Virus record (IMG/VR): IMGVR_UViG_3300005253_000055
Length of the DNA: 64,000 nucleotides
Direction: 5' to 3' (one strand)
DNA from: a virus
A program made the position numbers and the translations under genes. Below the pieces are notes generated by a model. It ran no database searches and was not told the origin of the DNA. It saw only the letters and a program-made list of their open reading frames with translations. The first letter of the stretch is position 1. Each line of letters starts with the position of its first letter. This document shows, piece by piece, positions 24,794 through 34,407 of this stretch.

Positions 24794-25036
24794 ATGAGTA
24801 AATACACATTTCAGAACATACTAAGGAAGCAAGAGGACGGGAGTATAACAGGGCCAATGAGCCCTGTTTCCTTTGTTAAAGCCGTAGCTCCTCAGATAGA
24901 CATGATTCCTCATGGTATAGCTAGATGGAACAGAGACAGAAACTCTAGTCACACATTTGACCATCTGATAGTAAAGCAAGCGTTTACGAACTGTAAAAGG
25001 AATAGAGGGTATTCCTGCTGCATTTTGGTTCGATAA
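24794..25036 (+). CDS. hypothetical protein, possibly the 5' part of a frameshifted gene
   Basis: 80-aa ORF. Its last ~15 codons look non-native (NCKRNRGYSCCILVR), while another frame opens at 24975 and reads protein-like sequence to 25250. Confidence 0.4.
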   Translation: MSKYTFQNILRKQEDGSITGPMSPVSFVKAVAPQIDMIPHGIARWNRDRNSSHTFDHLIVKQAFTNCKRNRGYSCCILVR

Positions 25037-25224
25037 TGATAAAGACGTCACGATAACTCCTATTTATAAAAGTCAAACAACAGAAGAAATGCAGGGGGTA
25101 CATAGGCTAGATGTGGAACTTCGTAAGAATGATCCAGAACATCCTATAGCTGTACTAACAGAGAAGGAATTCATTAGTTTATTTAAAGCAGCAGAAGCAA
25201 GTGGAAAATTAGAACTAAATCAAG

Positions 25225-25419
25225 ATGAAGGCAAGCTGGAAACTCTATAAGTGTAAGAAATGCGGCCACGAGAAACGCATACAGACCGACCATTATGGAG
25301 AATGTTATGGGTATATGGACAGTAACATGTGTCATATATGTGGGTCAGAAGAACAGCAGAATTGTACCTGGCTTTGTCAGGAGAAACCACCAGAAGGTGA
25401 AAAGATTCCTGCTTCCTAG
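25225..25419 (+). CDS. small zinc-ribbon protein
   Basis: 64 aa with CKKCGH...CHICGS. Confidence 0.5.
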   Translation: MKASWKLYKCKKCGHEKRIQTDHYGECYGYMDSNMCHICGSEEQQNCTWLCQEKPPEGEKIPAS

Positions 25420-25473
25420 AAGATAGTAACAATAGATAAGATAATTAACTAAAGTAATTTAAATCATAAGATA

Positions 25474-26250
25474 ATGAAAAACCCATTTACAGCAGTAAAA
25501 CAATTAATTGTACCTCCAACTGTAGAAGAGATTCACGAAGACTTTCGTACAGAAGTAGAAAGACTAATAGAGGATGCTAATATCCTTCACTCAGAGGAAA
25601 CTACTAAGGGGGAACTATTGACTAAGGCAGATGCACTTAATACATATGGCTTCTTCAATACTCCAGAAGCTAAGGAAGCAAGTAAGGAGGTAAAACGACT
25701 CTCTGTTCTACAAGAGGAAAATAGGAACAAAGAGCTTCTTAGAGAGGCAATCTACCACTTTAGTTCTAACTATCCTAACTATAAGTTCATTACTGAGTCT
25801 TCAGTAAAAGAACTTTGTAAAAAGTATGGTCTTATCTATGGTACTGTGAATTACTTTATTGGAGATGTACCAGATGTTAACTTGAAACACCTACAGGAGT
25901 TCATAGTAGCGGAAGGGGATGAATGTCATATGTCCTATTCTAAGTATAATGACGGAACCCCATTTAATCTTAAGTATCTTACAAAGAAAGAAGTAGAAAG
26001 AGAAAAAGATATGCGGAGAGTATTTTCAGATATAAAATTTATCCAATGTCCTCTAGAAATAGTTGCTCCTTCCTCAGACTTCAACCTTAAAGGAATGGAT
26101 ATTACTGACTTCGAGATACGTCCTACTCCTATAGAAGATCCTATTGTTCTTCATCCTGTATATTGGAAAGGTACAAAGCATTACCTTATAGGAACTGCAT
26201 GGGGGCCAGAAGCTAGTGATCCATTAGCAATCAATGAAAAGATGAATTAA
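25474..26250 (+). CDS. hypothetical protein
   Basis: 258-aa ORF. Confidence 0.65.
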   Translation: MKNPFTAVKQLIVPPTVEEIHEDFRTEVERLIEDANILHSEETTKGELLTKADALNTYGFFNTPEAKEASKEVKRLSVLQEENRNKELLREAIYHFSSNYPNYKFITESSVKELCKKYGLIYGTVNYFIGDVPDVNLKHLQEFIVAEGDECHMSYSKYNDGTPFNLKYLTKKEVEREKDMRRVFSDIKFIQCPLEIVAPSSDFNLKGMDITDFEIRPTPIEDPIVLHPVYWKGTKHYLIGTAWGPEASDPLAINEKMN

Positions 26251-26370
26251 TGACTTATGATGAATAGAAATTCTTAACCCTAGAAGAGGAACGAAGTTTT
26301 AATGAGGAAGAAGAACTAGACCGTGAGGAAGTTCTTCTTCTACTTAACGAAGATAAAAGAGAACAACAGT

Positions 26371-27768
26371 ATGGAAATGGAAGAAATAACGATGACAGAA
26401 ATACAAGTAACGAAGAGTGAGTCAGAGGAAAATTTAAACAAAGAGACTCTAGAGGTACCAGAACCTAAGTACTTAAAGATACAAAATAGCTCAGTACTTC
26501 CACTAGCCTTACTCTTTATGCTTGGTGCATCTACTAAGAAAGAAGATGCATCAAAGTTTGGAGAGTTTGGTACAGGATTAAAATATTCAATAGCTTACTT
26601 TGCCAGAACCGGAATCAAACTAAGAATGTTTCTTGGTAAAAAAGAGATTACCTATGCTGTTCATCCAAAGACAGTTAGGAAGCGTGTATTTAATCTTATC
26701 TATATTAACAATAGGAGTACAGGATATACTACTGAATATGGATCAGGATGGAAAGCATGGGAAGTAGTAAGAGAGATTTGGTGTAATGCTATTGATGAAA
26801 CTAACATTACCAAAGAAGTTGTAACAAAAGATCAAATAGAAGGTACTGCTAGACATACTACATTTTTTCTAGAATTACAAAAACCTCTCCAGGACGTAGT
26901 AGATAATTGGGAAGATCATTTTCTAGAAACGGCTACTCCCCTTTATACTAGCTTCTCGCTAGACATTTATCAAAGTACCGGATCTCTTAGATTGTATAAA
27001 AACAAAGTGCTAATTCATAGTGCTGGAAAAGATGCACCTAGATCCTTATTCTATTATGACATAAAGGATGCTCCTCTCAATGAGTTAAGAGAATACAGAG
27101 GGTGGACAGAGTACGATATAGTTAAAGCGGTTACTCAGTCTAGTGAGAAAATAGCAGGAATGTTAGTACAAGCATTCCATAGTTACTATGAAGGTACGGA
27201 AAGTAATTCAGAACAGCAAAGTAAATATGACTTTCATGAGCGTAGTTTAGATTATGCGTTCTATTCTTCCTACATCTCAAAGGAAAAGATATACGAAAAC
27301 TTTAAAGGTAAGCTATATGTGTCTAGAGACTCTAGTAGGGGAATAAAACATGGAGCTAAGGTATCTAAGGGACTTCTCAAATTATTAGGAAAATGTGGAC
27401 TGAAGACTAGTGATCTCTTGAGCTATGGAGGTTATGGTGGAGGAGGATACGCTTCACGTATCGAGTATGAAGTTCTTCCTAATCCTAGACTAGAAGAGAA
27501 GATAAACCAGATCTTAAAGAAATACAGTTTATCTCTTAATTTTAATGTAATGATTCCTATTGATGGAAAAGATGTAGACGTGGCTTTGGCCTCTGAATCT
27601 ACTGTCTCCTTTAACACAAGACTAGAAACAGTAGATACTAGAGAGTTAGCCTCCATAGTCTTGACAGGACTTGTATTAGCCAGAGAAAAAAGCTATATTG
27701 TTCTTAAAAGACTAATAAAAACAACTTTATCAAACAATAAGAAACTAAAGGCAGTCTTAGAATTATGA
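26371..27768 (+). CDS. hypothetical protein
   Basis: The track start 26323 is GTG; the first ATG is 26371. 465 aa. Contains GEFGTGLKYS and EIWCNAIDE motifs, which I could not interpret. Confidence 0.6.
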   Translation: MEMEEITMTEIQVTKSESEENLNKETLEVPEPKYLKIQNSSVLPLALLFMLGASTKKEDASKFGEFGTGLKYSIAYFARTGIKLRMFLGKKEITYAVHPKTVRKRVFNLIYINNRSTGYTTEYGSGWKAWEVVREIWCNAIDETNITKEVVTKDQIEGTARHTTFFLELQKPLQDVVDNWEDHFLETATPLYTSFSLDIYQSTGSLRLYKNKVLIHSAGKDAPRSLFYYDIKDAPLNELREYRGWTEYDIVKAVTQSSEKIAGMLVQAFHSYYEGTESNSEQQSKYDFHERSLDYAFYSSYISKEKIYENFKGKLYVSRDSSRGIKHGAKVSKGLLKLLGKCGLKTSDLLSYGGYGGGGYASRIEYEVLPNPRLEEKINQILKKYSLSLNFNVMIPIDGKDVDVALASESTVSFNTRLETVDTRELASIVLTGLVLAREKSYIVLKRLIKTTLSNNKKLKAVLEL

Positions 27769-28202
27769 AAAAATTAATATTTCTAATGCTATTGATACTA
27801 GGAGCAGTATTTATAGCACATAGTCAACTAAAGACGGTTGACATTACCCGTACGGCAATCGGGTATCAGATTGATATTTTAGACTGGGACAGCTATGAAA
27901 TAAGTAGCTATACTTACACTGGTAATTCTACTAGTGGTATTCTATATAACAACTATTCCTACTCACCTGTTCAAATCACAGTAGAGTCAGAATGTTACAA
28001 CAATACAGATAAACTTTTAGACTTAACATATGACACCGAGCGAATTAAAAACACAATGGCAGATTGGAGTAGTAGCAAAATTCAAAACACCTCAGGTAAA
28101 TGGACATGGGACAGTAGTAGCGGGAACAGGAACAGGCAAGACCCGTATAGCTATTATCTTGATCCAAGGCTTAAACCAAAAGTCTCCTGGAAAATCGACT
28201 GA
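27765..28202 (+). CDS. secreted/anchored small protein (3' end overlaps helicase out of frame)
   Basis: MKKLIFLMLLILGAVFIAHSQ signal-like N-terminus; the last 173 nt overlap the helicase gene. Confidence 0.45.
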   Translation: MKKLIFLMLLILGAVFIAHSQLKTVDITRTAIGYQIDILDWDSYEISSYTYTGNSTSGILYNNYSYSPVQITVESECYNNTDKLLDLTYDTERIKNTMADWSSSKIQNTSGKWTWDSSSGNRNRQDPYSYYLDPRLKPKVSWKID

Positions 28203-29574
28203 TGTAGTAGTTCCGAGTAGAAATTTGAAGAGGGATTGGGAGAAGACGGGAGGTCACATAGAGCAATGGGGATTAAAGGATGTTCATGTATTTGTAATAA
28301 ACACATACAAGAACTTACGAAGATCCCCAACGCTTCTAGTTTTAGACGAAATACATAACTACTCAGCTCCTACATATAAGTTATTATTTACTAACTCAAG
28401 CTATAGCTTCTTATTAGGTCTTACTGCAACAATAGAAAGACTTGACCATGAACATTACTTCCTATTAGATAAAGCTCCTGTTTTTGAGAAACTATCTTTA
28501 GAAAAAGCTAGGAAGATGCAATTCGTGTCAAATTACGTTGCCATTAACTATGGAATAGAGCTTAGTGTTGAAGATCAGGATAAATCATCGGAGTGGGATG
28601 CTATGGTAAGTAGTACGTTTTCTAAGTTTTCTCACAATTGGGCACTTGCTAGAGCCTGCGCAGGAGGTTACCTCGTACCTGCTGTTGTATTCTTTCACAA
28701 ATTTGAAGATATAAACAATCTTACGGAGGTATCAGACGGAGCTAAAATAGCTATAACAAAGACTAGTAGAGATTGGAGATTATGGTATGCAACTCAGATG
28801 GGATGGGATGGGTTTACAAAGGAGGCCTACTTTAGTCCTCATACTTTACAACGAGAAGCTAATATTTTTACTCAGGCTACTAAGGCTAGAGAAAATTTCC
28901 TTCACAATCATCCATTAAAGCTAGAAACCATTCAAGAGATTAGGAACTTATTTCCTGGAAAGAAGATGGTTGTGTTCTCACAACGGACAGACTTTGCTGA
29001 TGAAGTAGCTTTAAAAATTCCAAACTCTTTCTCCTACCATAGTAAGACGTGTGGAGAGATAAGAGTACCAAGGAGTTTACCTCATAGTGATATTGTAGTA
29101 GGTCGGGGAATCCGAGTAGAGATTGCTGGAAAGAAGACACCTGTAATTAGGTATCGAGATCTAAATGATGGTACAGTAGAACAGTGGCCTTGGTTTAAGC
29201 AAGAATACCCTGGATGTAAGAGAATAGGTGCTGCAAGTTATAAGGAAGAGATGATGGATAAGTTTAGGGCCAATGAGATTACTACCTTATCAACTGTTGT
29301 AACTCTAGACGAAGGCTTTGATGTGGAAGGAATAGAGATTGCAATTATAGCAAGTGGAACTGGCGTAGGAAGACAAAACATTCAGAGAATGGGACGTGCT
29401 GTTAGATTTGTAGATGGAAAAACTGCTTTTATATTTAATCTCTACTTTAAAGACACCCAAGATGAGAAATGGTTAAACCGTAGACAGTTTGGAAATACTA
29501 ATCCTGTATGGATGAGCTCTTTAAACTATGACAAACTTTTAGATCTAATTACCGATGAAAGAAAAAATATCTAA
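28030..29574 (+). CDS. superfamily 2 DNA helicase (DEAH/DEIH box)
   Basis: Walker A AGTGTGKT, motif II LVLDEIHN, motif III LGLTAT, motif VI QRMGRAVR. Confidence 0.8.
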   Translation: MTPSELKTQWQIGVVAKFKTPQVNGHGTVVAGTGTGKTRIAIILIQGLNQKSPGKSTDVVVPSRNLKRDWEKTGGHIEQWGLKDVHVFVINTYKNLRRSPTLLVLDEIHNYSAPTYKLLFTNSSYSFLLGLTATIERLDHEHYFLLDKAPVFEKLSLEKARKMQFVSNYVAINYGIELSVEDQDKSSEWDAMVSSTFSKFSHNWALARACAGGYLVPAVVFFHKFEDINNLTEVSDGAKIAITKTSRDWRLWYATQMGWDGFTKEAYFSPHTLQREANIFTQATKARENFLHNHPLKLETIQEIRNLFPGKKMVVFSQRTDFADEVALKIPNSFSYHSKTCGEIRVPRSLPHSDIVVGRGIRVEIAGKKTPVIRYRDLNDGTVEQWPWFKQEYPGCKRIGAASYKEEMMDKFRANEITTLSTVVTLDEGFDVEGIEIAIIASGTGVGRQNIQRMGRAVRFVDGKTAFIFNLYFKDTQDEKWLNRRQFGNTNPVWMSSLNYDKLLDLITDERKNI

Positions 29575-30133
29575 TATTCATATACCTAGCTTTGTAGATC
29601 TTCTTGCTGAGTATCAAATAAATGAACACCAGTTCATGATATGCTGGTTTGTTCATACTAAGGATATGAAAACCTATTATAAGTATACTCAGGAAGTATC
29701 TCATGTACGGCGAGCAGATCTAGAAGAACTTGTGGAGAAAGGAGTTCTAATAACTCCGTCCTCCAACCTAAATACCTATGAGTTAGACTCAATGTCCTTA
29801 ACGGGTTCGTTTGCTGAAGGTTTATTTGTTCTAGATGCTAGAGAGGCCGCAATGGAGTTATGGAATAAGTATCCTGTAAGATTTACAAAAGATGATGGTA
29901 CTAACTATCCGGCAAAGACCGTAACTGATAGGGATAAGCTTCTAGAATATTATATTAGACAGGGAATAGGATACAACCTTAATGTACATAAGAACGTTCT
30001 AAAACTAACAGATGTTTATCTTGAGCTAGTGGGAAGAGGAGAGATGACAGGATTAGGAATAGAAAAGTATATAAGAGGGCATTATTGGGAACAGGTTGAG
30101 GTTTTAGCAAAAGAATTAGGGTATGGAATCTAA
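29555..30133 (+). CDS. hypothetical protein
   Basis: 192-aa ORF lying between the two helicase genes. Confidence 0.6.
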   Translation: MKEKISNIHIPSFVDLLAEYQINEHQFMICWFVHTKDMKTYYKYTQEVSHVRRADLEELVEKGVLITPSSNLNTYELDSMSLTGSFAEGLFVLDAREAAMELWNKYPVRFTKDDGTNYPAKTVTDRDKLLEYYIRQGIGYNLNVHKNVLKLTDVYLELVGRGEMTGLGIEKYIRGHYWEQVEVLAKELGYGI

Positions 30134-31121
30134 ACTATTAACGAGAACATTACCTATAGTTACTGCAAAACAGGCAGCAGAATTAGCACTTAAGGAGATA
30201 GAAGAAGGAAGATCTGGTATACAACGATCCCTTCTTACTAGATGGAAGCATGTAAATAATTTACTCGTAGGTGGATTCAGATTTGGCAATACCTATGTAT
30301 TAGGAGGAATGTCTGGTGGAGGAAAGTCTTATAAGCTAAACATGCTAAGAGAAGATTTCTTAAACAAGGAACTCAATAGTATGTTTACTAAACCATTTAG
30401 GCTTATACACTTTGCAATGGAGATGAGTGCTTCTGATGAAGTACTAAGAACAGTAGGAGGTAATATTAAGACCTCCTATCAGTCCTTAATATCTGCCTTT
30501 AGAAAACTTCCGGATCAAAAATTTACAGAAGCTATGGCTTATCTGGAATCCATGAAACATTTGGACATGGACTTTGTCGAAGTAACTGGAAACGTTCTTC
30601 AACTAAAACAGACAATACTAGAGTATCAAGCTAAGTATCCTGGAATAAATCTTATAGTCTCTCTTGATCATACATTACTTACAGATTATCTTAATGAAAA
30701 AGATGAAATACAATTAGTAACAAACGTGTCAAAGATGTTTCTCAGCGCAAGGAAAGAAATAGGTTGCATGGGAATTATAGTTGCTCAGTTAAATGATAAG
30801 ATTGAGGATATAAGTAGAATTGGTAAAGCAAATTTTCATTATCCTACTAAGAAGGATATACATGGAGCAAAGGCAATATACAGAGATGCAGATTGTGTAA
30901 TGGTTCTCCATGATCCTAGTCAACTAGGGATAAGAAGATACGGCCCAGAAAGTAATCCAGATGGACAAGGTGGACTTGGGTATACAACAGAGGATAGAGT
31001 CTTCCTTCATGTACTAAAGATGCGGAAGGGAGTTCCTGGAATGATTGTATTTACTCAAGACTTTAAGAATGGTAATTTACATGAGGAAATAATAAATGCA
31101 CCAAGATTAGTAATAGAATGA
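30123..31121 (+). CDS. DnaB-like replicative helicase (RecA-fold domain)
   Basis: GGMSGGGKS Walker A, HFAMEMS, VSLDHTLL Walker B-like, IIVAQLNDK, RDADCVMVLHDP. Confidence 0.75.
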   Translation: MESKLLTRTLPIVTAKQAAELALKEIEEGRSGIQRSLLTRWKHVNNLLVGGFRFGNTYVLGGMSGGGKSYKLNMLREDFLNKELNSMFTKPFRLIHFAMEMSASDEVLRTVGGNIKTSYQSLISAFRKLPDQKFTEAMAYLESMKHLDMDFVEVTGNVLQLKQTILEYQAKYPGINLIVSLDHTLLTDYLNEKDEIQLVTNVSKMFLSARKEIGCMGIIVAQLNDKIEDISRIGKANFHYPTKKDIHGAKAIYRDADCVMVLHDPSQLGIRRYGPESNPDGQGGLGYTTEDRVFLHVLKMRKGVPGMIVFTQDFKNGNLHEEIINAPRLVIE

Positions 31122-31855
31122 CAGAAATAGCAACACAGCCGAAACCAACGGCAAAACCTGCAAGATTTAGATCATTACTTATAGATACAATTAGTCAACT
31201 ACAAGACGATCAGTATCTAGCAGAATTAGCTGCGGCTAAATCAAAGAAATTGGAGTATGATGAATGGAGGAATCATGGAGTGAGTATCTTAACTCTGTAT
31301 AAAACAATAAAATCTCTTTCGGATACTACAGTAATTCAAGTCTTAGGATACGAAGGTACGGGGAAGAGTATGGGTGGGTACTATTTAGATCCAACTGAAA
31401 CCTTTTGGTTAAATATTGATAAGAAACCACTACCCTGGGCCGGATGGAAGAAGACTTATGGGGATAAGCACAAAAACTACGCAGTGTCTTCAAGTTATTC
31501 AGAAGTAGAAGAGTTCATTACAGAGGCGCATTCTAGAGCTAAGAAACCGTTTGTAGTCTTTATACTAGGTCATTTGGAAGACTTCACCAGTGTAAGAGGA
31601 GAAAAAAGACAACAGCTTAGAGTGATAGGTAAGATGGCACATAAGCACAATATAGAAGGAGCACTTGTTCATAACTACTATACTCGTATAGATGAGACTA
31701 AGGATGCGCTTGATCCCGAAAGGTATCTACTATCTACTCAAAACTCGGGACTTAATACAGCAAGATCACCCTTTTTATTGTGGGATAAGATGCATATACC
31801 TACCAATTTCCAGAATATCGTTGATGCAGTCGTCAAAGATTGGAATGAAATTTAG
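31118..31855 (+). CDS. hypothetical protein with P-loop-like motif
   Basis: 245 aa; GYEGTGKS. The motif order does not fit a standard ATPase, so no function is called. Confidence 0.5.
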   Translation: MTEIATQPKPTAKPARFRSLLIDTISQLQDDQYLAELAAAKSKKLEYDEWRNHGVSILTLYKTIKSLSDTTVIQVLGYEGTGKSMGGYYLDPTETFWLNIDKKPLPWAGWKKTYGDKHKNYAVSSSYSEVEEFITEAHSRAKKPFVVFILGHLEDFTSVRGEKRQQLRVIGKMAHKHNIEGALVHNYYTRIDETKDALDPERYLLSTQNSGLNTARSPFLLWDKMHIPTNFQNIVDAVVKDWNEI

Positions 31856-31880
31856 GAGGATAAATCTTCAGGAATAGGCA

Positions 31881-31927
31881 AATTACTTGACCTTTTCCTT
31901 GCATCTTAATAGTAAAAGTGGTAACTT
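31881..31927 (+). promoter_or_regulatory. promoter-like element sharing a 21-nt block with 18165-18185
   Basis: ATTACTTGACC...TAATAGTAAAAGTGGTAACTT (31907-31927) versus TAGTAGGAAAAGTGGTAATTT (18165-18185), 18/21 identical; both are preceded by TTACTTGAC. Confidence 0.35.
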
Positions 31928-31971
31928 CATATTTCTAATTAATTATTTTTAACTCTAAACAAGTACAGATT

Positions 31972-32547
31972 ATGTCTTTTGATTTTAGACAAACAAGAGT
32001 GGTAAAGAAGACTTACACCAAAGAAGGTGGAGCTTCTACACAAAACTGGGACTTTAGGTATAAGGCCAGTGGTAGTAAACTAGGTAAAGCAGAGTTCTAC
32101 ATTTCTAACAACTTGTACGACTTGCTTGATCTTGAAAATACAGCGTTACTAGAAAGGGACGCTTTTGACGATGATGGTAACATTACTGCGGTTGCCCTTG
32201 CAGTAGTACCAGACATTCCTAAGGAGGATGGAGGCATTGGAACAATCAAATGTCGAAGATTTATGAAAGGTGCCAAAATGGATAAGACTAAGAAATTCAG
32301 TGCTGATGTACTGGAATCTGCACTCGACTCTATAGGTGTCATTGATAAGACTAAGGAAGGAAATCAATACATGACCCTTAATCTTATTGGCAAATTTGAA
32401 GATGCCGGAGCAGACGAGTTAGTACCGGTAGATGAAGATGAAGAAGGTCACGACATTCGTGAGATCGTTGCCGTTGAAGCACCAGTTGATGGGGCTACTG
32501 GAACCGATGATGCTAATGATCCTAAAGAAGGACCAGCAGAAGAATAA
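31972..32547 (+). CDS. hypothetical acidic protein (own promoter-like element and terminator)
   Basis: 191 aa with a strongly acidic C-terminal third. Confidence 0.65.
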   Translation: MSFDFRQTRVVKKTYTKEGGASTQNWDFRYKASGSKLGKAEFYISNNLYDLLDLENTALLERDAFDDDGNITAVALAVVPDIPKEDGGIGTIKCRRFMKGAKMDKTKKFSADVLESALDSIGVIDKTKEGNQYMTLNLIGKFEDAGADELVPVDEDEEGHDIREIVAVEAPVDGATGTDDANDPKEGPAEE

Positions 32548-32573
32548 AAAAATCTCTCGGTACAGTAAAGTAA

Positions 32574-32602
32574 AAGGGGTAGACTGCTATCCCTTCTTTT
32601 TC
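32574..32602 (+). terminator. rho-independent terminator
   Basis: AAGGGGTAG-ACTG-CTATCCCTT 9-bp stem, followed by CTTTTT. Confidence 0.65.
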
Positions 32603-32628
32603 TAATTTAAACTCTAATTATATTTTTA

Positions 32629-33456
32629 ATGAAAACACACGACAGTAAGGAAAAGGTTGTAGCGGAAAGAAGACTATTCACAGGACTAGCTCTTGTGAAG
32701 GTCATTGCAATTAATCCTACTATGGAAGAAATGGATGTCTTAGGAATTAGACAACCTAAGAAAGCCCCAGTTTATACTGAGGAAATGGATGATGGAGCCG
32801 GAGGAAAGTATATGAGAACAAGACTAGACTTCTACTTGAAGAATGAAGCAGTCTCTACAAGAATGGCTCTATTCGTAGATGAACAGCAAGTACGAAGTAA
32901 GGATAAGACAAAACACCAATACATTAACAATCATGCTCAAGTAACATGGGCAGAAGATCCAAAGGCGTTTATGTCATGGTACGTAGCTGAAACTGCAAGA
33001 ATTGCTATCACAGGAGAAGAACGACTTCACAATTTCTTATGGGCTTGGGGGAATATAAAGACCTTCGTAAGTAAAGAAGAAGAAATGGACGGAAAGACTC
33101 AAGCCTCTATCGATGCTTCTCTAAATAGCCCGGCTAAGATAGCTGCTGGTGAGATCAAGGAACTTCGAGGTTACTTAAAGAACATCGCTAATAACGAGGT
33201 ACGAGTACTCTTAGGAGTTAAGGATTACCAGTTTCAAGATGTTTATACAGGTTACTTTGGTAGGGCTTCTACGGAATCTCATGCACAGTGGCTGAAGGCA
33301 CTACAGAGTTCCTATTCACAGTACAGGAATGACTATCAAGGTAATCTTGCCTTTAAGGTATATGTACCCCCTAATGAAGTAGACATTGCTCAGGATACCG
33401 GTGGAGCTACAGCAACGTCAGAGGAGAAGGCAAATGTATCAGATTCTTTTGATTAA
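32629..33456 (+). CDS. putative single-stranded DNA-binding protein
   Basis: 275 aa, monocistronic between two terminators; acidic tail ending SDSFD, similar in style to phage SSB C-termini. Weak evidence. Confidence 0.3.
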   Translation: MKTHDSKEKVVAERRLFTGLALVKVIAINPTMEEMDVLGIRQPKKAPVYTEEMDDGAGGKYMRTRLDFYLKNEAVSTRMALFVDEQQVRSKDKTKHQYINNHAQVTWAEDPKAFMSWYVAETARIAITGEERLHNFLWAWGNIKTFVSKEEEMDGKTQASIDASLNSPAKIAAGEIKELRGYLKNIANNEVRVLLGVKDYQFQDVYTGYFGRASTESHAQWLKALQSSYSQYRNDYQGNLAFKVYVPPNEVDIAQDTGGATATSEEKANVSDSFD

Positions 33457-33493
33457 GCAACTTGAAGTTGCCAACTGTTGTAGATGCAGAAAG

Positions 33494-33523
33494 AAGGAGG
33501 ACGAAAGTCCTCCTTTTGTATTT
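33494..33523 (+). terminator. rho-independent terminator
   Basis: AAGGAGGAC-GAAA-GTCCTCCTT 9-bp stem, followed by TTGTATTT. Confidence 0.7.
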
Positions 33524-33629
33524 AATTAAACTACAAGATGAGAATCAAAATAGAATTATCCGATTTTACATTCTTGCCAGCAGGCTACGGCCGCTATAAA
33601 GAACTTAACCAATAGCAACATAGAGAAAT

Positions 33630-33926
33630 ATGGAAAATTTTAAAAAATTTACAACTGAAGAAAGTGGAAGTACAGAAATAACAGATAATACAGATATAGC
33701 ACAAGAGAAACAAGATGTATTTACAGAATTGCAGGAATGGATTAACGAATTAGAAAAAGACTGGCCTTTAACAAGCGGAACAGGGAAAAAATTAATCAAT
33801 GCCTTTGCATTACAGGTTGGTAAGGAGGCAATTCAAGCAACACGTACAGCGTTTATTAATTATCCGAGTAATATAAGAAGGTTGATAATTGATGAATACA
33901 AACCACAGATAAAACAACTGAAATGA
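33630..33926 (+). CDS. hypothetical protein
   Basis: 98-aa ORF. Confidence 0.55.
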   Translation: MENFKKFTTEESGSTEITDNTDIAQEKQDVFTELQEWINELEKDWPLTSGTGKKLINAFALQVGKEAIQATRTAFINYPSNIRRLIIDEYKPQIKQLK

Positions 33927-34234
33927 AGAATAGTACAAAGTATAAGATAGTTCAGTGGGTGGAAAGACTAATTGGCTATAAGCCAGATCCTATCATAATC
34001 CAGGATAAAGAAAGACGGGAAATACAAGTAATTAAGTATTCGTTCAGTCTACACGAGTACAATCTTCTTGGTTTTAATTTAACTAAGAAAATGACAGTAG
34101 GTATAGTAGAGGAATTAATTAAGAACAATGAGCTTTTAGTAATTACAACAAGGAAACATTCAGAAGACACAGTCGTTGCTACTGCTCTATTATTTTGCAT
34201 TAAACCTATAAAACAATGGAAAGAGTCAGACTAG
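33923..34234 (+). CDS. hypothetical protein
   Basis: 103-aa ORF with ATGA overlap. Confidence 0.55.
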   Translation: MKNSTKYKIVQWVERLIGYKPDPIIIQDKERREIQVIKYSFSLHEYNLLGFNLTKKMTVGIVEELIKNNELLVITTRKHSEDTVVATALLFCIKPIKQWKESD

Positions 34235-34407
34235 AACAATTTATTAGAATGTGGTTAAAGGATAACGGGGTAGAGTCTGTACACTACCAGGATCTTGTTC
34301 AACAAGGATTTGACAGTAGTATAGATCTACAGATAAATGCACGACAACTACTTCTTTTAACGGAAGCAGTACTAGAAGAGAATGAAAGCAATACTAATAC
34401 TGGATAG
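34216..34407 (+). CDS. hypothetical protein
   Basis: 63-aa ORF overlapping both neighbours. Confidence 0.45.
   Translation: MERVRLEQFIRMWLKDNGVESVHYQDLVQQGFDSSIDLQINARQLLLLTEAVLEENESNTNTG

Noticed and set aside
26371-27768. Possible GHKL/Bergerat ATPase: GEFGTGLKYS resembles a G2 box and EIWCNAIDE an N box
   Set aside because: The motifs occur in the wrong order (G2-like before N-like), and no DxGxG G1 box is evident. I have left the protein as hypothetical.
31887-31927. Reading TTGACC (31887-92) and TAACTT (31922-27) as a sigma70 -35/-10 pair
   Set aside because: The spacer is 29 nt, far outside the 16-19 nt range. Only the 18157-18185 copy has canonical 17-nt spacing.
33537-33608. 23-codon ORF (MRIKIELSDFTFLPAGYGRYKELNQ) after the 33494 terminator, preceded by TTAAACTACAAG
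   Set aside because: It is too short to support from sequence alone. It could be a leader peptide or chance.
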